This document shows, piece after piece, positions 39,495 through 51,852 of a stretch of 64,000 nucleotides of DNA. The DNA comes from Macrostomum lignano (Eukaryota), in the NCBI GenBank assembly GCA_002269645.1, contig NIVC01003070.1, positions 1,903 through 65,902 on the forward strand. Direction: 5' to 3'. How positions within the stretch are numbered: position 1 is the stretch's first letter; each line of letters begins with the position of its first letter. The position numbers were made by a program, and so were the translations under genes. Under the pieces are notes generated by a model. The model searched no databases and had not been told where the DNA came from. It saw only the letters and a list, made by a program, of their open reading frames with translations.

Positions 39495-39912
39495 TTTACA
39501 TGACGCTTCTATGATTTTTACATGACGCTTCTATGATTGTTTACATGACGCTTCCATGATTTTTTACATGACGCTTCTATGATTGCTTACATTATACGCT
39601 TCTATGATTGTTTACATTACGCTTCTATGATTGTTCACATGACGCTTCTATGATTGTTCACATGACGCTTCTATGATTTTTACATGACTCTTCTATGATT
39701 TTTTACATGACGCTTCTATGATTTTTTACATGACGCTTCTATGATTTTTTACATGACGCTTGTATGATTTTTTACATGACGCTTCTATGTACATGACGCT
39801 TCTATGATTTTTTACATGACGCTTCTATGATTTTTTACATGACGCTTCTATGATTTTTTACATGACGTTTCTATGTTTTTTTACATGACGCTTCTATGAT
39901 TTTTTACATGAC
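39495..39912. repeat. 22-23-bp minisatellite (TTTTTACATGACGCTTCTATGAT)n in the Helitron 5' region
   Basis: About 18 units; the reverse-complement family recurs at 50872-51002. Confidence 0.95.
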
Positions 39913-41049
39913 ACCTTTAATCCTTTAATTAGTCCTTTAATAAAAGCTTTCAATAAAAAAACATTTCTCTACTAAGATTCGAACCCAGGTCGCTACATTG
40001 GCAGTCCAGTCTGTTCACATCTAGGCTAGCTCTTATCGAATTTATAAATGAAATTGTAGCACCTATATAATTCAACACTCACTCACGAAGCAGTTATGAC
40101 ATAATCAATTTCCCAGGCAAGTCAGTATCAGTCTCAATTAAATTAAAGTTGACTGAATCAAGTCTGGTGCTACGCAATCTAAATCAAGTCTTGTGCTACG
40201 CTTTCACACTGCATTTTCAATACTGTGACGCAATTCAAGTCGGAGTTACAATTCAGTAATGATGCAATCTATTTCAGAATCAGAATTCAACCAGTCAATT
40301 TTTTTCTCTTAGCATTCTTACAATGCATTTCAAGTCGAAAAGTTTGCTTGACCCTTGCAAAAAAGCATGTTTTTTTCGAATATTTAATGCCTTCAGCATC
40401 GAGCAATTTCTTAGCCAAGACACATGTACCGTCACGGGAAAATTTCTGATTGAACAGTGCAAGTTCGAACAAAATCGGTCCAGCCATTTTTTCTCTAATC
40501 GATTGCGTACACACAAACAAACAAGCAAGATTTTCATTTTTAGTATATTGGACTAGCCATTTAGCCCCCCTCTGGGGAGCCTTGAAAATGACACCAATTG
40601 GTTTTTATTTTGGCACAACAGCAACCTTACTATAATTATCCAAATTGTTGATTTCCATTAATCAAAAATTACCTTTTCTCACGTTTGAAAAAATAATTTG
40701 TCATGAATCAGAACTTTCATTAGCCAAAAAGTTTCCTTCATCAGCCCAAAACCCTTTCTCAATCAGCAAATAGTGCTTATCCGTTCAAGCACAAACTCTT
40801 AGGGAATATTGTCACTGGCCGGGGCATATTCTGATCCGCAGCAGGAGCTAAAAATGCAAATCCCTGACGGCCTTAGACCCTCTCTTTTTATTAGCCTAAA
40901 TCAAAGAATTAAACCTTTAATAAATGCGCTGGTATTTCCTATTAGCAGAAATCAGCATCACTTCTGTGTACTTTTTCATTATATGAATTACTTGAGCCGT
41001 ACTACCTGACTATCTGACAATCGCCCAATAACCTAGTAACCCCCCCCCC

Positions 41050-41560
41050 CTAAAATTCAGCCATCGTCCATGAGCCTTGACATATCAGCAATTCCCCTGT
41101 AAGCCTTGACATCTCAGCAATTCCCCCAGTAAGCCTTGGCATATCAGCAATTCCCCCAGTAAGCCTTGAGATCTCAGCAATTGCCCCAGTAAGCCTTGAC
41201 ATCTTTGCAATTCCCCCAGTAAGCCTTGACATATCAGCAATTCCCCCAGTAAGCCTTGAAATCTCAGCTTTCCCCCAGTAAGCATTGAAATCTTAGCAAT
41301 TCCCAGTAAGCCTTGACATATCAGCAATTCCCTTAGTAAGCCTTGAGCTCTCAGAAATTCCCCCCATAAGCTCTGAGATCTCAGCAATTGCCCCCGGTAA
41401 GCCTTGACATCTCAACATCTCAGCAATTCCCCCAGTAAGCCTTGACATCTCAGCAGTTATCCCATTAAGCCTCGACATCACAGCAATTAAACTCGAGCCT
41501 TGACATCACGCAATTCTCCCAGCGCAGTAAGCCTTGACATACCAACAACCCAACTCCCTT
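41050..41560. repeat. 30-bp minisatellite (CCCCAGTAAGCCTTGACATCTCAGCAATTC)n
   Basis: About 16 units, decaying gradually toward about 42250. Confidence 0.9.
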
Positions 41561-42374
41561 TTCCCAAGAATTCAGCAATGCCCTTATAAGCCTTGATAAC
41601 TCAGCAATTTCTTTATGAGCTTTGTCAACAGAGCGATTCCACAAAGAACTTTGATTATATCTAAACAAGTCTTTAATTAATGGTCACCCTAACCCATAAG
41701 TGAGTCTTGGCGTGTTGGCAATTTCCACCATAAGCCTTGAGCCTCAGCATTAAAGTAACTTCCTCATAAATAAGCTTTGTAATCTGAATTTCACCGAAAG
41801 CCTTGACCTGTCAGCAATTCCCCGTAGTAGAGCCAAAACATTTAAGTTTTCCCCCCAAGAGCATTTAATCTTAGCAACTCCTCGATGGATCATTAATGAT
41901 TGTCACGACGATCGCTCTATAATTGAACCAAAACCATAACCCTTGTAGTAGAATTTCAGCAATTCCCCAATGAGCTTTGGAAATGTTAGCAATTTTTGAA
42001 AATTGAGTGACTAACCTTTTGATATCTTGGCACTTGCATTTCAACAATTAATTTCAGCAATTTCACAAATGATACTTGAAATCAAAGCAATTCTCCCCAG
42101 AATGACATAATTATAGCAATTCCCCCTGAGCCTTGAGATCTTATAAATTCTACCGTGAGTCTTGATATCACAGCAATTTCCCATACCAGCATTATGCTCG
42201 TAGCAATAGTCTTAGCAGTCTTAACAGTCTAAGCAATTCCCGATGAGACTTTTACGTTCGACAGGGCGCTTCATTTATGATTGATATGATGATTCTTGTT
42301 CGCTTTTTCTTGCGTTGCGTTTTCTTCTCTTAAAAAGTTTTTATTAAAAAAATTAAAATATTTACCATAGCCTT

Positions 42375-42740
42375 CTGCAGTTTAGCAATGGTTCACCAGC
42401 ATTTCAGCAATGTTCACCAGCATTTCAGCAATGGTTCACCAGCAGTTTAGCAATGCATCACCAGCATTTCAGCAATGGTTCACCAGCATTTCAGCAATGA
42501 TTTACCAGCATTTCAGCAATGGTTCACCAGCAGTTTAGCAATGCTTACACCAGCAGTTTGCATTAGCTATGGTTCACCAGCATTTCAGCAATGCTTCACC
42601 AGTAGTTTAACAATGCTTCACCAGCAGTTTAGCAATGGTTCACCAGCAGTTTAACAATGCTTCACCAGCAGTTCAGCAATGGTTCACCAGCAGTTTAACA
42701 ATGCTTCACGAGCAGTTTAGCAATGATTCACCAGCACTGT
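42375..42740. repeat. 22-bp minisatellite (TCACCAGCATTTCAGCAATGGT)n
   Basis: About 16 units. Confidence 0.9.
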
Positions 42741-44249
42741 TTTGCACAATCAGTGAGCAGATGGCCACTAATCTTTGCTTATTGCCATATTGCTTCTGGA
42801 TAATCGAAACCATATGAAATGCTTTGTTAACTTGCAGGTTAAAGTTGATTTGTAATCCCCTTACATATTTATTATTTTATTTTATACATCAGATTAGCAC
42901 TGCTCTCCCCGATTAGCGCTGCTTTTAAAGCTTAGCGTAGCCCCAGCAAAAGTATCTAAAAAATGAAAATGCCAAAAATTTGCATGAATCCTCATAGGAA
43001 ACAATGATTATTGTCACAAAGATAAATTCGCTGCTTTAATACAGACTCGAACTGCCGACCTTCTGCTAAAAGCCTTATACTATTCAAGAAGTTTAGTAAC
43101 TTCGGCAGTTACTAAAACTTCTAATTCAAGATTCAAGATTCAAACTAAATTCAAGAAGTTTAGTAACTTCGGCAGTTTGAAGGTAACCCCCCCCCCCCCC
43201 AGAAAACGGCAGTTATCTCCACAACATCCTGAAATTAGCTATCACTTCTAATCCCACAAACAGACTGCAGTCATACTCTTAGCAGCCTGCAGATATCCAC
43301 TGTGCCGTCTACAACTTTCATTAACATCAGCAAACTACAATACTTCACTCAGCAGCCCGCAGTTATCCACTCAACAACTTGCACTTAATTCTTCACAGCT
43401 ATTATCCACTTTAAACTCTGTAGATAGTAATCCCCTCAACAGTTTGCTGCTATGCACTCATAAGTGTGGAGGAACTACCTCAGCAGTTTGTTCCATTTTT
43501 CCCTTTGCAATCAATCTGCAGTTCCCCTCAGCATCTTCTGTTCTCCTTTCCAATAATCTTCCAATCTTCCAATAATCTAAAAATGTGCTCAGCATTAACG
43601 GCTCACTAAAAAATTTTCAGTACATATCGGCATTCTTAAAAAGCTCAAAATTTAGCAATACCTTTAAGCAATTTTCACAGCATGGTCTGCAGTTTAATAG
43701 CAATTTCATACTTCATGGTGCGAGGCAGTACTCGTTGATGGGATCAGTAATACACGAAGCAGTTTTTAAAAATCAAATTTGATAAGTGGCTTGTGCCAAG
43801 TAGCAAAAATTATTTGCTAATTAATAAAAAATGTTGCAATTAAAATTAAAAAAAAAATGTTATATTTAGTCGAGTCACAAGCTACAAATGAATGAATTTA
43901 CTTAATTATCCACCAGGGAGGCGGACTCGAACCTTGGACCTTACGCCTAGCCTAAACCTAGTCCTAGTGCCTACACTGCGGCTATTCCGCCTACTGATGG
44001 AAGGGCGCAAAAATCAGACATATATGCTTCAGCACTGCAGTCAAATACATAGCAGTGATAGCCTGCTCAGTGTGCACAGTTTTGGTGCTGGCAGAGCCAT
44101 TGCACAGTTAAGTAAATCTCTCAATTTCAATACTTTTAAAATGCACTGGCTGATTTCTCTCTCCCTCCAGAGTTCCTGCGCAATGCTTGGCACACTGCCT
44201 CCAGCTGAAAATCTCAGAGTCAGTTTATAGCGAGAATATGCAGTACGCA

Positions 44250-45739
44250 GTTGTGGCGCAATCATTTAGAATTGGAATTCAGACAGTCAAGAATTCAACG
44301 CTGCTTGGCCTTCCATTAAAAGCATTTAGATAAACTTGTTTTTCGAATATTTAATACCTTTAGCATTGAAGCAGATTAAAGAAATTTTAGCTGTCCTCTT
44401 TCCAGATAATTACAAAACTTTTGGCGAAAACGCGATCAGAATTGGTCAAGAATTGCAGTCTGTAGAGCGTTACGAAAAACAGATCTTTGACGCTTAAAGA
44501 GCTCGCTGCTAGCCTCCAGAATAATTTTATTTTTGACCCCTGGTATGGTTGCGCAATTTAAATAGAGTAATTATCTGGGCAGTGGGGCCCATGAGTTTTC
44601 TGATCAGTTCGCTCTGGCGCAATCAATTAAAATTGGCAGTGAAGTTTCTGGCTGATAAAATTTGCATTGAAAAAGGCCATTTAAAACAGTTTTTCGAATA
44701 TTTAATCCCTTTAGCATTGAAGCAGCTACAAGAAATTTTAACCATACAATCCCAGGCTGATTAGAAATCTTTTGGCGAAAACGCGATCAAAATCGGTGAA
44801 GAATTGCAATCTCTAGAGCGTTATGGACAAGCAAGCAAGCAAGCAAGCATACAAATATTAGAGAATTCAAGCATACAAACCTTAGAGATTTAGTATATTT
44901 AGATTTTAACCGTCTTCTTTCCAGACAATTTTGCATCTTTTGGCGAAAACGCGATCAAAATCGGTGAAGAATTGCTCGCTCTAGAGCGTTATGGACATTC
45001 AAGCAAGCATACAAACCTTAGAGATTTAGTATATTTAGACTAGCTAATTAGAGCTGGCTGCCAGCAGCCAGAATAATTTTTTATTGCCCCCCTTTAAGTG
45101 GGGTCCAGTGAGTTTTCTTATCAGTTGGCTCTGGCGCAATCAATTAAGATTGACTGTGAAGTTTCTCGCTGATAAAATTTGCATTGAATTCGCCCATTTA
45201 AAACTGTTTTTTCGAATATTTAATCCCCTTAGCATTGAAGCAGATACAAGAAATTTTAACCATACAATCCCAGGCTGATTACAAATCTTTTGACGAAAAC
45301 GCGATGAAAATCGGTGAAGAATTGCAATCTGTAGAGCGTTATGGACAAGCAAGCAAGCATACAAATATTAGAGATTTAGTATATTTAGACTAGCTAATTA
45401 GAGCTGGCTGCCAGCAGCCAGAATAATGTTTTTATTGCCCCCCTTTAAGTGGAGCGGAGTGAGTTTTCTTATCAGTTGGCTCTGGCGCAATCAATTAAGA
45501 TTGGCAGTGAAGTTTCTGGCTGATAAAATTTGCATTGAAAAAGGCCATTTAAAACAGTTTTTCGAATATTTAATCCCTTTAGCATTGAAGCAGATTAAAG
45601 AAATTTTAACCGTCTTCTTTCCAGACAATTTTGCATCTTTTGGCGAAAACGCGATCAAAATCGGTGAAGAATTGCGATCTCTAGAGCGTTATGGACAAGC
45701 ATTCAAACATACAAACCTTAGAGATTTAGTATATTTAGA
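44250..45739 (-). mobile_element. Tandem array of about 350-bp non-autonomous Helitrons
   Basis: Complete units are 45390-45739 and 45040-45389. Each runs 5' TCTAAATATAC to hairpin CTGGCTGC-TG-GCAGCCAG + CTAG, joined CTAG|TC. Truncated units continue to about 44250, and the outer 5' flank is A|TC. Confidence 0.85.
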
Positions 45740-46029
45740 TAGATAGATAGAAGATTATATATTATTATTTATTAGAAGATTAGAAGAAGAAGATAGATTA
45801 GATAGAAGATAGATTGGAGGACAATTTAGCATTCAATATCTTACCCAGCCAGCTGGCCGGCCAGCAGCTGGGCCTGCGCCAGCTGTAGTTGGGCGACAGT
45901 GTGGATCTGGAAATAAATTAATATTTACACAAAAATAAGGTTGCTGAATTTAATTCTGACTAATGTCCTAGTGCCTGTCCATCAATCTGAAAGCTCAGTA
46001 CACAGAGTGACTTATTCTAGCTTGAGATT

Positions 46030-46450
46030 CTGTCTGTGTCTGAGATCTGCGATCGGGAATCTGAGATCTTGGATCTGGAACCTGAAATCTGGAATCTGAG
46101 ATCTGGGATCTGAGATCTGGGATCTAGAACCTGAAATCTGGAATCTGAGATCTGGGATCTGAGATCTGAGATCTGGGATCTGAGATCTGGGATCTGAGAT
46201 CTGGGATCTTGGATCTGGAACCTGAAATCTGGAATCTGAGATCTGGGATCTGAGATCTGGGATCTGAGATCTGGGATCTAGAACCTGAAATCTGGAATCT
46301 GAGATCTGGGATCTGAGATCTGAGATCTGGGATCTGAGATCTGGGATCTGAGATCTGGGATCTGAGATCTGGGATCTGGGATCTGGAACCTGAAATCTGG
46401 AATCTGAGATCTGGAATCTGAGATCTGGGATCTGAGATCTGAGATCTAGA
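46030..46450. repeat. 7-bp satellite (GATCTGA/GATCTGG)n
   Basis: Dense GATCT array with higher-order GAACCTGAAATCTGGAATC blocks. Confidence 0.95.
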
Positions 46451-46929
46451 TAGCAAAGATATATATATAGAAATGATTTAGAGAGCAAATGCACGTACTA
46501 ATTGTTCCCTCTTGCGGACGCGGGCCCAGCGGCGGCCCGCCCGCTTTTTAACTGCCTCCGCCTCCGCCGGAGCCGCTGCCTCTGCCTCTGCCGGAGCCGC
46601 TGCCTCCGCCTCCGCCGGAGCCGCTGCCGCTGCCTCCGCCGCCTCCACCTCTACGGCCCAGTCAGAATTCGTGCCCCGCTATGGGGCTGGGGCCCTTTTT
46701 CTCTTTTTCAGATTTTTTTTGCTCATTGCTGCAAATGATTACAGAAATTCTATTAACTTTCGAAATTTGTATTTCCAAATATACTAGAGGGAGTTGGAGT
46801 CGTGGGAGTTCTAATACACAGTTATTTTCATAAGAAAACAAGAAAATATTAAGAATATATATGCATAATATAAGCAATGACTGTTATTTTTTGTATAGAA
46901 TCCCGGGATTCAGGCTTAATCGAAATCAA

Positions 46930-47285
46930 AATCTGGGATCTAAGATCTTATAATCTGGGATCTGAGATCTGGGATCTGGGATCTAAGATCTTATAATCTG
47001 GGATCTGAGAGCTGGGATCTGGGATCTAAGATCTTATAATCTTGGATCTGAGATCTGGGATCTAAGATCTTATAATCTGGGATCTGAGATCTGGGATCTG
47101 AGATCTGATATCTGAAATCTGGGATCTGAGATCTGAAATCTGGGATCTGAGATCTGAAATCTGGGATCTGAGATCTGAAATCTGGGATCTGAGATCTGAA
47201 ATCTGGGATCTGAGATCTGAAATCTGGGATCTGAGATCTGAAATCTGGGATCTGAGATCTGAAATCTGGGAGATCTGGAATCTAA
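46930..47285. repeat. 7-bp satellite (GATCTGA/GATCTGG)n, second block
   Basis: Same family as 46030-46450, with a 21-bp higher-order unit. Confidence 0.95.
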
Positions 47286-47339
47286 GTTGTTATATACTAA
47301 CTGTGATTGTTGGCCAACCGTGTTTTTGTAAACAGGGTT

Positions 47340-48560
47340 GTTGTCTCTCCTGCACCACGTAGAGGTCATCACAACGCAGGAGTGGGGATCTGGATGTATG
47401 CAAAGTGATAATAATTACCCCAGCAAAGTATACAGAATTGAATTGCAAAGTGGGCAAAGTCACAGCAGTGAACCAGATCTTCTGCCACAGCTTTTTTTGC
47501 AAAGCGGCCAGTCTTGCAAAGAGACTGAGGATTGCTACTGTATAAAATCAGTAAAGTTTAAAACAGATACTTTTTGGCTTTTAATTCGAATAAATATAAA
47601 TACATGCTTAACTATAGCGAGAAGCATCCAAGCGGCCGAATAAACTGATAGTAGTCGGATTGGCTCTCGTCTCTAAAGCTGAATGAGACATGCCTGTTTG
47701 ATTACTGTTAGTCAGTACAGTAGCAGCTCCCTGCGGCTGTGCTGGCACTGTTGCACTGCTTTGGTCCTTGTGAAAAAATTCTTGATAAGCGCTGGTTCCA
47801 GGTCCAAGCTCGTAGTTATCAAACTCTGCCGGGATGTTCACTTCAGCACTCGTGGCTGGTGTTGCAGCGGCTGTGGCAGGTGTTGCAGTTGCAGCGGCCG
47901 TGGCTGGTGTAGCGACTGTCGAATGCCCTGCACCTGCAACAAGGTCAGAATGTTGGTAGTTGAAAAATACCAAATCCGTATTTTCCAACTTTTCGTCCAA
48001 CTGAACACATTCCGCCCGGTTTAAATGATGGGGTGATTTAAAATCAAGAGAAAATCTTCCGCGTGCAAATCTGGTTTTGTTTCGCTTGTCACTCTCCATT
48101 TGCTTCCATGGAATCGGGCCTCTGTTTCCAGCTCTCTTGAAAGCAGTCGTTGCTCTCTCCTGGATTGACCGTCTCAGCTTCTTCACATCACGAAAAGCGT
48201 TGGAAGGTCCAGTAGGTTCAGCTGGAACTGCTGCTTCTGTCGTAGCTTCCATTCGGGCTTAAGAGGCGATTTATTCTCGATAATATTCCTTTCTTTCTTG
48301 ATGATATCAGAAAGCTGTTTCACCGCTGCAGTTAATTCCTCTTGAACTCGGGAAGATACTCCATCAGAAACGTAACATTCGGGCTTATCTGTTGGTATGG
48401 CTGGAGGAATAACGACGCAGAAAGATTTTTGAGCTCGTTTCAAGTCGACCAGAATGCTGCTTTAAAAATCACTCGGACGATCTTTAGCCCTCTGCCTAAG
48501 AGCGTTTTTCTCGTCCTGCGTAAGAGCCGGGTATTCAGCCTTAAGAGCAGGTGTCAATTC
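47340..48560 (-). pseudogene. Degenerate coding fragment with HMG-box-like, GTF2I-repeat-like and Cys/His-rich segments (probably TE-derived)
   Basis: ELTPALKAEYPALTQDEKNALRQRAKD, then one stop, then DLKRAQKSFCVV..., a frameshift, and LRRSIQERATTAFKRAG..IPWKQM..FKSPHHL..LVF. The domain calls are by eye only. Confidence 0.35.
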
Positions 48561-48614
48561 TTAAAGTAATTGTGGGATGTAAGGGATATACAGGCATCGG
48601 AGATTCAGATTCAG

Positions 48615-48866
48615 ACGGACAGACAGACAGACAGACACTAAGACACTAAGACACTAAGACACTAAGACGGAAGGACGGACAGGCAGGCAGACACTAAGAG
48701 ATACAGACGGAAGGACGGACAGGCAGAAAGACACTAAGACATGCAGACGGACAGACAGGCACTAAGACATACAGACAGACAGACAGAGAGACAGACAGAC
48801 AGACACTAAGATATACAGACAGGCAAAGAGACAGACAGAAACTAAGACATACAGACAGACAGACAG
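48615..48866. repeat. (GACA)n / GACACTAA degenerate microsatellite
   Basis: Visible GACA runs. Confidence 0.9.
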
Positions 48867-48871
48867 TGTGC

Positions 48872-49452
48872 TGCGACTGCACAATCACACTCATATTCGC
48901 GCCTGTGTCGCGAATAGACAAGCAGCAGAATGGCTTCAGCCAACTGATTTCCTGCCAATAGGGTAGGCTGGAAGACCAGAGCTATAGCACTAGCAATGCT
49001 CTACCAAGACCTGCTCAGGAGCTTGCGTCTGCTTCTAGCGATGCTTTGCTCTACCAAGACCTGCTCAGGAGATTTGCTTCGCTGTTAACCGGCGCTAGAG
49101 CGCTAGACTTGGAGCTCTCGACAAGTCCTCACGAGGCGGTTCTGAGAAGAAATTCAGACAAACGGCCTGCATGCATTGATATAGAACGCGGAGGGTGGAG
49201 CGTTTGAGCATTCCGTGGCTTGAACATGGAACATCAGCCCGAAAAGTGCGGATAATGATGCACAACAGATATTGATTAAACATGGGGGAGGGTAGCTTGT
49301 ACGAAGCGCCGACAGAGCTTCAAGCCACTAGTAAAATAGCATGCCAAATTTGGGCTTGTGCGCACAATGCTGCACAAGGGAAGGGTTCGAATCGGGACAC
49401 GGGGTCCGCGAAACCCTCAGTCTAAAAATAGAATGACGCATGGGGAGAGGCT
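48872..49452 (+). mobile_element. LTR-like interspersed repeat, copy 2
   Basis: Direct copy of 20594-21242 with 2 instead of 3 internal subrepeats. Confidence 0.55.
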
Positions 49453-49699
49453 CGGACGGCGGAGGAACGAGAGAGCAAAGGGGAGAGGGTCCAGCGAGCG
49501 AACAAGGGGAGGAGTGCAGCTAACTAGACTTGCGTACACTGAGCGATCGTACGCGGCAGGCCAGGCAACATCAGTACAGGCAAGCACCAAATTTCGGCGG
49601 CTTCCACTAACTAACCCTAGGCTAGAAAGACTTCCTAATTTCCTTATGTTAATAAGCCTCATTATGACGACTCGATTGCGCCATATTGTGCAACTTCTG

Positions 49700-50548
49700 A
49701 GCGCCAAGGAAGGCTGCTTAGAGTGCATGGAGGCGGCAGAACAGTTCCTATTCCAGATACAGCGCAGCGGACAGAAGTGCCTAAGATGTGACTGCGGCCC
49801 TATGCTTGCAGCAGAACGCTGCGGCCACATCACGAACAAGTTTGATCAGATGGCTGTTGTCCAGGAAGTAGAAAATCCGAGCTTGTTGAGATTCTACATT
49901 GAACCATGGCTTCTGTAACAACTGTGCGCCCATCTGTTTCAGTGTGCAGATGTTAACAGGACAGCAGTCGGAGACAACTGCTCGAACAGTAGCTTTCGCT
50001 GTGATCGTCTGCATAATTAGAAGTTTCTGCTTCTCTGGTGTGTTTCTCGCGCACAATGTCGACGCAACAGGAATCTTCCAGGCACCGACTAAGCTACATG
50101 CCATGATGGCAACTGCATCTGAAGCCAGAGCTTCTCTGGCATCACTTCGTTATTCGTTACTAGGCCCAAGCTCCTCATAGCTAGTCACACACTTCTTTTC
50201 GTTACTCCAGCATGTCCCCTTCCTTATTGCCATCGCATCGATTAGAAGCACCCAATCGGTATCCGAATGAGACTGGGTACAGATGCTGTGTATTTTGCTG
50301 ATCGCAGTTTCCGAAATCCCTGGGTTAGCGTCGACATTGCGCATCCATCTACGTATGGTCGATGCGGCAGGTAGTTTGAGGAATCGCCGGACGAACTTGT
50401 AAGCCTTTGGCGAACAGAAATGCAGCTTTGCTGTGAAGCTACGAAGTGCATGAGTAAATGCTCCTCGCTGAACTTTGCATGCAAACTGAAGCAAATGAAG
50501 TCCATTGTCTGTCAGCAGTGCTTTGATAGTTACGATTTTTCCTAGAAA
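49700..50548 (-). pseudogene. P-element/THAP9-type transposase fragment
   Basis: SFTAKLHFCSPKAYKFVR..LPAASTIRRWMRNVDANPG, LLIDAMAIRK, WKIPVA, VVSD, FLDNSHLIKLVR. In-frame stop at 50150-50152 and later frameshifts. Confidence 0.85.
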
Positions 50549-50871
50549 CACATAATTCACGTAATTTCTTAGAAACCTCGTGATAGCGTGTAGTGCCTGA
50601 GCGGTAAGACACTGTCCAATTTCCTAATTCAATCCGAAAGGTCTGCGTTTTCCGAGGATCAAAGGTGTCCAGCGGTAGCGAATTTATTCCCCTAATGAAT
50701 GCCTAATTTCTTGGCGCCTAATAAGTTTTATTAGCCTGCACGGCTTTCTTGGGGTCTGCACGACCTTAAATTTCCCCTTTTAGTCTCCTATTCTGGGTCT
50801 TCACGACCTTTAAGTTCTCCCTTTCCTGACTCCTAGCTCTGGGTCTCCACGACCTTTAGTTCTCCCCATTC

Positions 50872-51093
50872 AAGCGTCATGTAAAAAAATCATAGAAGCG
50901 TCATGTAAACAATCATAGAAGCGTCATGTAAAAAGCATAGAAGCGTCATGTAGAAAATCATAGAAGCGCCATGAAAAAATCAATAAAGCGTCATGTAAAA
51001 ATCAGATTTCATAAGATTTCAAGGATACATGTAGCTTATTAAAAAAACGTGTTTTGCATTTCTTTGGTTCCCCAACGGGGGCGTAGATTGCTA
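50872..51093 (+). mobile_element. 3' end of a Helitron related to the 30775 terminus
   Basis: A 23-bp array followed by about 90 bp homologous to the reverse complement of 30775-30865, ending GTTCCC-AAC-GGGGGC GTAGATTG CTAG. Confidence 0.8.
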
Positions 51094-51840
51094 GTCCAAT
51101 ATACAAAAAATCAAAACTATGTACCTATAGGAACCTTCGCTTAACTTGACTCTACATGATTGGAATTTCGTGGGTTTTTCTGCATTCGATGCGTATTGAG
51201 GGTGCGCTGGTACACAAAACTTTTCTAAGAAGTTGCTTCATTTTTTCGGGCTTAAATATTCGAAAAACTCGATTTTCTCCCTGTTTTTTAAAGTTCAAAC
51301 AGTTCTTTCCGATTGAGAAGCAGTCTGACTGCCGATGGAATTGTATTGCATCATAACTCAGTGCCAACTATAGCATTGGTTCTCTACACTCGCGTGGAGA
51401 GCTACAAGCGTTGAAAGGTTGCGCAACACATTTTAATTGAGGGGCCAGTGTCGCTATTCAATCATTCATGGGCTGGCTTGGTTGTTAATTTCAATGCATC
51501 AACTTGCAGGCCTCTCACTGTAGCTAGCGCTGAATGTACACCTTATGAATTTGAATGCTTTAAAGCAGGAATGTTCAATCGTTGTTTGTGCTTCGAGTTT
51601 TTTACTTTCAGAAGACTGCTAGAAATGCTGTACTGCTAGAAAGTGCTTGAAACGCTGAGTTCGGGAATATAATTTCTTTGCTTAGATTCGAAAAATTAAA
51701 AGCACAGCATTAAAAAGAAGATTCCTATGAATTTTACTTTATATACTCATTGTACGCTCTCCAATATCGCAAACTCCTACTTTATCGCAACTCCACAATT
51801 CAAGCCAGCGCCATTGAATTTAGATTTAGATTGCGTAACC
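51094..51840 (+). mobile_element. 5' portion of a Helitron-family element fused to the preceding CTAG
   Basis: Starts TCCAATATACAAAAAATCAAAA, like 40552. Shares AAATATTCGAAAAA and ATTTAGATTGCGTA blocks with 40170-40552. Confidence 0.65.
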
Positions 51841-51852
51841 ATATTGGTGACT

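Larger units (their letters stand above)
30775..40552 (-). mobile_element. Autonomous-type Helitron (about 9.8 kb)
   Basis: On the minus strand, the 5' end is TCCAATATAC at 40552. The 3' end is hairpin GCTCCCC-AAC-GGGGGGC, an 8-nt spacer, CTAG, then target T at 30774. It encloses the Rep/helicase gene and two minisatellites. Confidence 0.8.

Noticed and set aside
46012-47372. RSQIPDL/ISDPRFQ repeat ORFs
   Set aside because: They are translations of the 7/21-bp GATCT satellite.
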